Below, piece by piece: positions 17,415 to 24,245 of a stretch of DNA of 47,482 bases. The position numbers and the translations under genes are program-made. Numbering within the stretch: position 1 is the stretch's first letter; every line of letters starts with the position of its first letter. The notes below the pieces were generated by a model, which saw only the letters and a list, made by a program, of their open reading frames with translations, had not been told where the DNA came from and ran no database searches. The stretch is from Patescibacteria group bacterium (GTDB taxonomy: Bacteria > Patescibacteriota > Patescibacteriia > UBA9629): the NCBI GenBank assembly GCA_038078695.1, contig JBBTVS010000012.1, positions 1 to 47,482 on the forward strand. Reading direction: 5' to 3'.

Positions 17415-18629
17415 ATGCCTTATCTAAGTCAGTTATTAAACAATAAAATCAAAGACAGCGGAGAAGAAGTCGCCGGAAGATTAGCAGATATTTTAATTGC
17501 GCCGCAACTTGGCATTTATGCGCCCATTAAATTTTTGATGATTAAACAGCGCAGCCAGAAAAAAGACATTCTTATTCCTTATGAATATGTAGAAACTTTA
17601 GGACAAAAAACAGTTACTTTAAAGACATTAACGGCAAGCATTCCGACGCAGGATGCGGCAGCTTCTGATCTTATTTATCTGCGCCGTCAAGTAATGGATC
17701 AACAGCTTGTGGATATTTCAGGAGCGCGAGTAGTGCGGGTAAATGATGTGCGATTGGGAATGTTTGAAGGTCAAATGAGTATTTTAGGCATTGATGTAAG
17801 CCTAAAAGGCTTGCTCCGCCGTTTAGGCTTTGAATGGCTGGATTTTGGCAATGTATGGAAAACCAATCTGATAGATTGGCGCGAAACCCAGCCTGTCAAA
17901 GGATTTCTGCGGCTTAATATTATCTCCAAAGACTTAAAGAAACTCCATCCGGCGGATTTGGCTAATATTGTTGAGGATTTGAGTTTAAAGCAAGGAAGCC
18001 GTTTGGTAAATTTTTTAGATGCAAAACAAGCGGCTCAAGTTTTAGAAGAGATTAATCCAGATCTTCAAAAAATTTTAATTAAAAATTTAGGACCAAAGCG
18101 GGTAAATAAAGTTTTAGCCCAGATGTCGCCAGACGAGATGACCGATCTGTTAAAAAGCCTGCCGCGCAAGGAAGCAGAGCTTTTTTTGCAAAAAATTAAA
18201 GATGTTAGTGCTCAAAAGGTAGATAAACTAATTAAATACCCGGACAATACTGCCGGCGGATTGATGACATTGGATTTTATGAGCGCACGACCCAATTGGA
18301 CAGTAGCCAAGACTATTCTAGAAATTAAAAAAACTTCGCCTTCGCTGCATTATCTTCTATATGTTTATGTTACTGATAATAATGGTTATTTTTACGGAGC
18401 AATCTCTCTTCGCTGGCTCTTAATCAGCCCTTCGGAGATAAAAATAAAAAAGCTTTTAAAAAAATACCCAACTTATTCTCTCTTGCGGCCGAATCAGCGA
18501 ATTCCAGAGATTGTTAATATGATGACTAAATATAATCTATTTACCGCCGCCGTGGTAGATAAAAAAAACAAACTTTTAGGCATGGTAGGAGTGGATGACG
18601 TAATGAGGTGCCTTGCGCCAAACGCTTAA
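17415..18629 (+). CDS. Soluble MgtE-N-domain + CBS-pair protein with N-terminal PRC-barrel-like region (no TM domain)
   Basis: LHPADLANIVEDLSLKQGSRLVNFLDAKQAAQVLEEINPD...MSPDEMTDLL (MgtE intracellular N domain), then GGLMTLDFMS ... TAAVVDKKNKLLGMVGVDDVM (CBS pair). No hydrophobic segments. Confidence 0.7.
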   Translation: MPYLSQLLNNKIKDSGEEVAGRLADILIAPQLGIYAPIKFLMIKQRSQKKDILIPYEYVETLGQKTVTLKTLTASIPTQDAAASDLIYLRRQVMDQQLVDISGARVVRVNDVRLGMFEGQMSILGIDVSLKGLLRRLGFEWLDFGNVWKTNLIDWRETQPVKGFLRLNIISKDLKKLHPADLANIVEDLSLKQGSRLVNFLDAKQAAQVLEEINPDLQKILIKNLGPKRVNKVLAQMSPDEMTDLLKSLPRKEAELFLQKIKDVSAQKVDKLIKYPDNTAGGLMTLDFMSARPNWTVAKTILEIKKTSPSLHYLLYVYVTDNNGYFYGAISLRWLLISPSEIKIKKLLKKYPTYSLLRPNQRIPEIVNMMTKYNLFTAAVVDKKNKLLGMVGVDDVMRCLAPNA

Positions 18630-18631
18630 AA

Positions 18632-19894
18632 ATGAAATTAAAAATGCCGCCAAAATTAAATCATCTGTGGTTGAGTTTCTTATTCTTTTTTAGCGTAGTC
18701 GGACCCGGGATTATCTCCGCCAATGCGGATAACGATGCGGGCGGCATCACCACTTATTCTATTATAGGCGCGCATTACGGCACAAAACTGCTGTGGGTTT
18801 TATTGTTAATTACTATATCTTTAGCTATTACACAGGAGATGGGAGTAAGAATGGGTTTGGTTACGCATCAAGGTTTGGGAGGAATTATCAGAGGGAATTT
18901 TGGCGTCCGCTGGACCATGTTGGCGATGATTGGGATGTTAGCGGCTAATATAGGGACTATCGCCGCCGAGTTTGCCGGAGTGGCCGCAGCTTTGGGCATT
19001 GGAGGATTAAGTAAATATTATACGATTCCTTTAACAGTTCTATTGGTATGGCTGATTCTTTATAAAGGATCGTTTAAAATCACGCAGAAAATTTTTTTGA
19101 TTTTCTCAACATTTTATATCGTTTATATCATTAACGGATTCTTAGTAGGTCCAGACTTTAATCAGGCTTTTAAAGATATGCTAACCCCGACGATTGAGGG
19201 AAATATGCCTTTTATGCTGGCAATGATTGCCTTAATCGGGACAACTATTACTCCATGGGGGCAGTTTTTTATCCAATCTTATGTCGTGGATAAGGGTTTG
19301 GACATTAAACATTATAAAGTGGGGAAAATAGAGGTTTATTTAGGAGCCTTTATTACAAACATCGTCAGCTTTTTTATCATCATCTCAACCGCCGCCACTC
19401 TTTATAAACACGGCATTCCTATTATTGACGCCGGCGACGCGGCACGAGCGTTAGAACCGTTAGCAGGCCAGTTAGCTCAAGGCTTATTCGCTTTCGGCTT
19501 ATTTGCCGCCTCAATGTTAGGAGCTTTTATCTTACCGACGGCTACGGCTTACGCTATTTGCGAGGCATTTGGCTGGGAGGCTGGTTTTAACACTAATTGG
19601 AAAGAAGCGCCTTTCTTTTACTCCATTATTTTACTCTGTTTAATTATTCCAGCCTTGATTGTCTTACTCCCCAAAATTTCTTTAGTTAAAATAATGATTT
19701 GGTCCCAAGACATCAACGGCATTCTTTTGCCTTTGATTTTAATTTTTGTAATGAAATTAATTAATGATAAACGGGTAATGGGGGAATACACTAATAAACT
19801 CTGGGGAAATGTTATTGCATGGGCGACGATTGGCGGGATTATCGCTGCTACTTTAGCTTTGGTTGTTTTTTCTGTATTGGGTTATAATTCATAA
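18632..19894 (+). CDS. NRAMP/SLC11-family transporter with non-canonical metal-site motifs
   Basis: About 11 TM segments. The TM1 region VVGPGIISANADNDAGGITTYS aligns to MntH GPAF..IDPGN, and the TM6 region LIGTTITPWGQFFIQSYV aligns to GATVMPHNLYLHS. Start set to ATG 18632, 3 nt after the upstream stop; the ORF-track start at 18608 is GTG. Confidence 0.75.
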   Translation: MKLKMPPKLNHLWLSFLFFFSVVGPGIISANADNDAGGITTYSIIGAHYGTKLLWVLLLITISLAITQEMGVRMGLVTHQGLGGIIRGNFGVRWTMLAMIGMLAANIGTIAAEFAGVAAALGIGGLSKYYTIPLTVLLVWLILYKGSFKITQKIFLIFSTFYIVYIINGFLVGPDFNQAFKDMLTPTIEGNMPFMLAMIALIGTTITPWGQFFIQSYVVDKGLDIKHYKVGKIEVYLGAFITNIVSFFIIISTAATLYKHGIPIIDAGDAARALEPLAGQLAQGLFAFGLFAASMLGAFILPTATAYAICEAFGWEAGFNTNWKEAPFFYSIILLCLIIPALIVLLPKISLVKIMIWSQDINGILLPLILIFVMKLINDKRVMGEYTNKLWGNVIAWATIGGIIAATLALVVFSVLGYNS

Positions 19895-19916
19895 GGAAAA
19901 AAATATTGGTATTCGT

Positions 19917-19947
19917 ATGTCATTCCCGCGCAGGCGGGAATCTATAT
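19917..19947 (-). repeat. Hairpin repeat family, copy B (stem variant ATTCCCGC/GCGGGAAT)
   Basis: atgtcattcccgcgcaggcgggaatctatat is the reverse complement of the atatagATTCCCGC-ctgc-GCGGGAATgacat form. Overlaps the last 8 codons and the stop of trmD. Confidence 0.85.
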
Positions 19948-20684
19948 TTTGACTTAATATGCTTTTGGTGCCACTCTTTTATTTTTTTATGATTGCCAGA
20001 CAGTAGTACCTTTGGCACAGCCCATTTAATTCCTGGCGCAGGCTCAAAAACTTCGGGTCTGGTATATTGCGGGTATTCTATAAAATGACTCTTAATACCA
20101 TTTGGGCTGCTGTCTAATAAATTTTTGACATCGCGACCAGCATCAATATTTGCGCCAAAAGATTCCACGCACAGCGAATCCTCACTGCCCAAAACCCCTG
20201 GCAAAAGCCGGGTAACCGCTTCAACAACTACTATAGCAGGTAGTTCCCCTCCGGACAAAACATAAGGGCCGATTGACACTTGCTCATCAACTAACTTCTC
20301 TACCCTTGCGTCCACGCCCTCGTACCGTCCACAAATCAAAACTAATTGATCTAACTTCGCCAACTCCTCTGCCTTCTTTTGATCAAACTGTTCTCCTTTT
20401 GGAGTCATTAGAATTATTCTCGGTTTTTGATTTTTGCCCACCGATTCGGCGGGTGAATTTTTAATTTGTTTTAAACATCTCCAAATCGGCTCCACTTTCA
20501 ACACCATCCCCGGCCCTCCTCCGTATGGCGTATCATCAACAGACCGATGTTTATCCTCTGTAAAATCGCGCAAATTCCAAAAGTTAACATTAACCAAACT
20601 TTTTTCCCGGGCCCTTTTCAAAATTGATTCATTAACGTAAGAATCTAAAATATGCGGAAAAATTGTTACTATATCAAATTTCAT
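19920..20684 (-). CDS. trmD: tRNA (guanine37-N1)-methyltransferase TrmD
   Basis: MKFDIVTIFPHILDSY, VDDTPYGGGPGMVLK, ICGRYEGVDARV, LSGGELPA and LLSGNHKKI. Confidence 0.95.
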   Translation of the reverse strand: MKFDIVTIFPHILDSYVNESILKRAREKSLVNVNFWNLRDFTEDKHRSVDDTPYGGGPGMVLKVEPIWRCLKQIKNSPAESVGKNQKPRIILMTPKGEQFDQKKAEELAKLDQLVLICGRYEGVDARVEKLVDEQVSIGPYVLSGGELPAIVVVEAVTRLLPGVLGSEDSLCVESFGANIDAGRDVKNLLDSSPNGIKSHFIEYPQYTRPEVFEPAPGIKWAVPKVLLSGNHKKIKEWHQKHIKSKYRFPPARE

Positions 20685-20740
20685 AATTGTTAAATAATCT
20701 TATTCAAGAATACTATAACTACAATAATTTAACAATATAA

Positions 20741-20775
20741 TCAAATAAAAATCCTCCCAAAACTCGGGAGGATTT
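20741..20775 (-). terminator. Rho-independent terminator after the KH-domain gene
   Basis: 10-bp perfect stem aaatcctccc/gggaggattt (20749-20758 / 20766-20775) with a 7-nt loop. On the minus strand it is followed by ttttatttg. Confidence 0.6.
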
Positions 20776-20800
20776 ATTGATATAAATGCAATGTAAAGAC

Positions 20801-21160
20801 TTATAATCTTAAATCATCTACCTCGGCATCAGCATCGTCAGAATTTGCTGAAGGGGCGGCAAATCGTCTGCCCATACTGCCCATAGCTGGACGAGGCGGG
20901 CGGGAACCTTCTGGCTCATGAATTTTTAAATTAACACGAGCATGGTTTTTAGCGCCGACTACGCGCAAAAGCGTGCGAATAGCGCGGGCTGTTCTCCCGG
21001 AACGGCCAATAATCTGACCCATATCAGCCTGATTGATGAAAAGGGTAATCAATACCCCCATTTCATCTACTGTTCTTTCTGTTTTTACCTCATCCGGATG
21101 ATCTAATAAAGCTTTGACTACAGTTTCTACAAACTGCTGATCAACATTTTGTTCAGCCAT
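20801..21160 (-). CDS. KH-domain RNA-binding protein (YlqC/UPF0109-like) with Ala/Pro/Asp-rich C-terminal tail
   Basis: VKALLDHPDEVKTERTVDEMGVLITLFINQADMGQIIGRSGRTARAIRTLL (KH GxxG motif). Start set to ATG 21160 (MAEQNV). Confidence 0.8.
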   Translation of the reverse strand: MAEQNVDQQFVETVVKALLDHPDEVKTERTVDEMGVLITLFINQADMGQIIGRSGRTARAIRTLLRVVGAKNHARVNLKIHEPEGSRPPRPAMGSMGRRFAAPSANSDDADAEVDDLRL

Positions 21161-21326
21161 TGATGTTATGATCAAAGTTAGACTACTTCATTGGTAACTC
21201 TAACATCGATCCGTTTTGTCCCGTCTTTGCGGGTTCATCTCAAAAAAAAGTTGCCGACCTTTTACTCATAACTTTACAACTTATGCTTTATAAGAATATC
21301 ATATCCAAATTTTATGTCAACCTTGA

Positions 21327-21584
21327 TTACGGCGTCAATGGCATTTTAAACAGCGGCGCAAAAATCCATTTAATAAACCGCTCATGCAAGCCAGTGATCG
21401 TCAGCAAACCTACAAAAAGAGCAAAGATGCTGATCAGTTTAAACAGCAAACGGGTGCCGCCTTCTGATCCAAAGTGCCTTTCCGCCCAATACCATGTGCC
21501 AGTCTGCCGTATCAACCATTCGTTATACTTGAGAAAAAGGAAGGAGGCGATTGTGATGATTAGACCAATGATGATGTGCTTCAT
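21327..21584 (-). CDS. Hypothetical small membrane protein (2 TM)
   Basis: MKHIIIGLIITIASFLFL ... LLFKLISIFALFVGLLTITGL. Preferred over the overlapping plus-strand ORF 21283..21609, which lacks any protein-like features. The upstream GTG start would lie inside hairpin copy C. Confidence 0.4.
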   Translation of the reverse strand: MKHIIIGLIITIASFLFLKYNEWLIRQTGTWYWAERHFGSEGGTRLLFKLISIFALFVGLLTITGLHERFIKWIFAPLFKMPLTP

Positions 21585-21590
21585 AAATTT

Positions 21591-21654
21591 TATGTCATTC
21601 CGCACTTGATGCGGAATCTATCTTATAGATTCCTGCTTTCGCAGGAATGACATA
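21591..21654. repeat. Hairpin repeat family, copies C (21591-21621, inverted, stem ATTCCGCA/TGCGGAAT) and D (21624-21654, identical to copy A)
   Basis: tatgtcattccgcacttgatgcggaatctat ct tatagattcctgctttcgcaggaatgacata, followed by a partial duplication ctatgacatact. Confidence 0.85.
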
Positions 21655-21682
21655 CTATGACATACTAAGTTTCTAATAAACT

Positions 21683-23554
21683 TTACGATAATACACTTTT
21701 TACCTTCTTAATAATAGCATCTTTTGAAATCTCCTCATAGTCCAATAACTCCTGCATCTTGCCGCTTTTCGGCATCTTTCGCACAGCCATTATGTGTACT
21801 GGAATTTGATTATTTGACAACGCCGACGCCGCCGCCTCCCCAAGCCCGCCCTCTGCGAAATGATCTTCTACTGTGATAATGGCTTTGGTTTCTCTTGCCG
21901 CCTGCTTTAAAATTTTTTGATCTATTGGCTTAATGCTGTAGCAGTCAATCACTCTAATAAATATACCCTCTCTCGCTAATTCTTGATATGCGGCGAGCGC
22001 TTCGTGTAAAGTAATGCCAGCGGCAATAATTGTAACTATATCATTTTGACTGCTTTTAACCACACAACTGCCGCCAATTTCAAAATTATCTTCTTGACTA
22101 TAAAGCACAGAAGTCTCTGCTCTGGTTGTGCGAATATAAACAATGCCTTGATATTTAGCCGCCTCTTGTACCAACTTCTCGCAGGACACGGCATCGCTGG
22201 GATACAAAACCGCGCCATTTAAAATGGTCCGAAACATAGCAATATCTTCCAAGCCCATCTGGGAGGCGCCGTCCGCGCCGATTGAAACTCCTGCATGAGA
22301 GCCGACAAACTTGATATTGCTGTCAGAATATTGGCTCATGCGGATTTGATCAAAAGCTCGCGTAAAAAAAGCGGCAAAACTGGAAACATACGGAATCTTG
22401 CCCAGCTTTGACAGACCCTGCGCCATTCCAACCATATTCTGCTCCGCAATAAAACACTCAATAAACCGACCCGGGTAATGCTTTTTGAATACTTCTGCAA
22501 AAGTTGAATTCCCAACCTCCGCGTCAAGCGCCACTATATTTGGATATTTTGGAAAAATCTTGACTAATGCATTGCCATAGGCTTGCCGTGTAGCCACTAA
22601 TTGACCTTTTACATATTCCGCGAATTTGACATTTGCCTGCCCGCCGCATTGGAGGGGCATTTGACATTGATTTGACATTTGATATTTGATATTTGATATT
22701 GGCTTCTTAAATTTTCTTCGCACCTCCTTATCAACCTCCCCCATCTCCTTTAGCGCTTCTGACAATTGTTCTTGATTCAGCGCTTTCCCATGCCAGCCAT
22801 CTTTATTTTCCATAATTTTAACGCCCTTGCCTTTTACGGTCTTGGCAATAATCATCACTGGTTTATTTTTGACTACAAGAGCTTTTTGATAGGCTTTGAT
22901 GATTTTTGACAAATTATGTCCGTCGTCAATCAAAAAAACTTCCCATCCAAAGGCAGAAACTCGCTTTTGATATTCTTCTACCTTGTATCCAAGCATTGTC
23001 TCGCCCCGTTGACCTAAACGATTTACATCAATAATACCTATAAGATTATTTAATTTATAATATGACGCTAATTGCATCGCCTCCCAATTTGAGCCTTCAA
23101 CCATTTCGCTATCGCCCAATAATACATAAGTGCGATAAGGCAGTTTGTCAAGTTTGCCGTTTATAGCCATACCGGCGCCGATTGACAAACCTTGTCCTAA
23201 AGATCCGGTAGCGGCTTCGGCATAAGGAAACTTTAAACTAGGATGACCCTCTAAGCGGCTATTGAATTGACGCAAAGTCATCAATTCTTCTTCGCTGATT
23301 TGACCGGCAACGGCCCATAAACCGTAAAATAAAGGCGCGGCATGGCCTTTGGAAAAAATCAGCCGATCATTATTATGATAATCAGGATTGTCAGCGTCAA
23401 AACAAAAAAATCCGCCAAAGATTAAAGCAGCCATCAATTCCACGGCTGACAAAGAGGATGACGGATGGCCGGAACCGGCGGCAGTTGTGGAGGTCAAAAT
23501 ATAATAGCGGATCAGCTTGGCTAATCTTTCTAATTGTGAGATGTTTGCGGGCAT
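21683..23554 (-). CDS. tkt: Transketolase, N-terminal and C-terminal halves joined by a repeat-encoded linker
   Basis: N-half: AGSGHPSSSLSAVELMAALF, GSLGQGLSIGAGMA, LLGDSEMVEGSNWEA. C-half: ATRQAYGNAL, FIECFIAEQNMVGMAQG, GSHAGVSIGADGASQMGLEDIAM. The linker is PISNIKYQMSNQCQMPLQCGGQANVKF. Confidence 0.9.
   Translation of the reverse strand: MPANISQLERLAKLIRYYILTSTTAAGSGHPSSSLSAVELMAALIFGGFFCFDADNPDYHNNDRLIFSKGHAAPLFYGLWAVAGQISEEELMTLRQFNSRLEGHPSLKFPYAEAATGSLGQGLSIGAGMAINGKLDKLPYRTYVLLGDSEMVEGSNWEAMQLASYYKLNNLIGIIDVNRLGQRGETMLGYKVEEYQKRVSAFGWEVFLIDDGHNLSKIIKAYQKALVVKNKPVMIIAKTVKGKGVKIMENKDGWHGKALNQEQLSEALKEMGEVDKEVRRKFKKPISNIKYQMSNQCQMPLQCGGQANVKFAEYVKGQLVATRQAYGNALVKIFPKYPNIVALDAEVGNSTFAEVFKKHYPGRFIECFIAEQNMVGMAQGLSKLGKIPYVSSFAAFFTRAFDQIRMSQYSDSNIKFVGSHAGVSIGADGASQMGLEDIAMFRTILNGAVLYPSDAVSCEKLVQEAAKYQGIVYIRTTRAETSVLYSQEDNFEIGGSCVVKSSQNDIVTIIAAGITLHEALAAYQELAREGIFIRVIDCYSIKPIDQKILKQAARETKAIITVEDHFAEGGLGEAAASALSNNQIPVHIMAVRKMPKSGKMQELLDYEEISKDAIIKKVKSVLS
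22623..22700 (-). repeat. TTTGACA-type repeat element copy translated in frame inside tkt (78 nt = 26 codons)
   Basis: Contains the exact 21-mer aaatgtcaaatcaatgtcaaa (reverse complement of 22660-22680), also found at 24142-24162 and 31758-31778. Also carries a GC-rich core tgcccgccgcattggaggggca. Confidence 0.85.
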
Positions 23555-23562
23555 GGAAAATT

Positions 23563-23639
23563 TGGTGGGCGCTCGGGGACTCGAACCTCGGACCTTCTCG
23601 GTGTAAGCGAGACGCTCTAACCAACTGAGCTAAGCGCCC
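23563..23639 (-). tRNA. tRNA-Val (anticodon TAC)
   Basis: Minus-strand sequence GGGCGCTTAGCTCAGTTGGTTAGAGCGTCTCGCTTACACCGAGAAGGTCCGAGGTTCGAGTCCCCGAGCGCCCACCA. Anticodon loop CTTACAC, T-loop GGTTCGAGTCC, encoded CCA. Confidence 0.9.
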
Positions 23640-23640
23640 G

Positions 23641-23726
23641 TGGTGCCCTCGGCGGGACTTGAACCCGCATGCCAAAAATGGCCAGGAGCCTCAGTCCTGC
23701 GCGTATACCGATTCCGCCACGAGGGC
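23641..23726 (-). tRNA. tRNA-Leu (anticodon GAG), long variable arm
   Basis: Minus-strand sequence GCCCTCGTGGCGGAATCGGTATACGCGCAGGACTGAGGCTCCTGGCCATTTTTGGCATGCGGGTTCAAGTCCCGCCGAGGGCACCA. Anticodon loop CTGAGGC, encoded CCA, 1 nt from tRNA-Val. Confidence 0.9.
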
Positions 23727-23737
23727 AAAGAAAAAAA

Positions 23738-24136
23738 CTACTTCATTTCTCTCAACTTCTTTTTAGAATCTCTTAAAAAATAAAGTTTAGCCCGGCGAAT
23801 TTTAAAAACTTTATCAATGACAATCCTGTCAACCAGCGGACTATGGACTGGAAAAATTTTCTCAACACCAACGCCATCGCTGTCTTTGCGAACAGTAATG
23901 CTGGCGCCTGGTTCATTTCCATGCTTGCGGGCTAGAACCATGCCCTTAAAAATCTGAATTCGCTCTTTTATTTCTCCTTTAGGCGTAGTATCAACAACTT
24001 TTTCGTGAACGCTAACTATCATGCCGGCGCGCACTTTGTCGCGATCGTCTTTTTGAGTCTGTCTTTTTTTATCTTGTTTATCCTCTTGTTTTTGACTGTC
24101 TTGTTTTTTATCCACAAATAAAATTTCAAATGTCAA
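23738..24136 (-). CDS. rplS: 50S ribosomal protein L19 with Lys/Gln/Asp-rich N-terminal extension
   Basis: RAGMIVSVHEKVV...ERIQIFKGMVLARKHGNEPGASITVRK...GVGVEKIFPVHSPLVDRIVI...RRAKLYFLRD. The exact start is uncertain: TTG 24136 lies inside the repeat element, and GTG 24115 is an alternative. Confidence 0.85.
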   Translation of the reverse strand: MTFEILFVDKKQDSQKQEDKQDKKRQTQKDDRDKVRAGMIVSVHEKVVDTTPKGEIKERIQIFKGMVLARKHGNEPGASITVRKDSDGVGVEKIFPVHSPLVDRIVIDKVFKIRRAKLYFLRDSKKKLREMK

Positions 24137-24245
24137 AATCTAAATGTCAAATCAATGTCAAAATCTAAATATTTCCGCCGAATCGGCGGATTGGCATTTG
24201 TCATTTGGATTTGATTTGGCATTCGACATTTGTCATTTGGATTTA
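24121..24245. repeat. Composite TTTGACA-type element: inverted heptamer-array arms around GC hairpin TCCGCCG-aat-CGGCGGA (24174-24190)
   Basis: The left arm 24127-24162 matches 31743-31778 at 35 of 36 nt. The right arm catttgtcatttggatttgatttggcattcgacatttgtcatttggattt is an imperfect inverted copy. Overlaps the gmk stop and the putative rplS start. Confidence 0.85.

Noticed and set aside
21283-21609. 108-aa plus-strand ORF overlapping the small membrane protein gene
   Set aside because: It is basic and low in complexity with no hydrophobic or motif pattern. The minus-strand frame gives a clean two-TM protein and fits the gene orientation of the neighbourhood. Both calls remain weak.
23397-23675. 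92-aa ORF on the minus strand spanning the tkt start and the tRNA genes
   Set aside because: It overlaps tRNA-Val and tRNA-Leu and the 5' end of tkt. Its Arg/Gly-rich translation is what GC-rich tRNA DNA yields, so it is an ORF-finder artefact.
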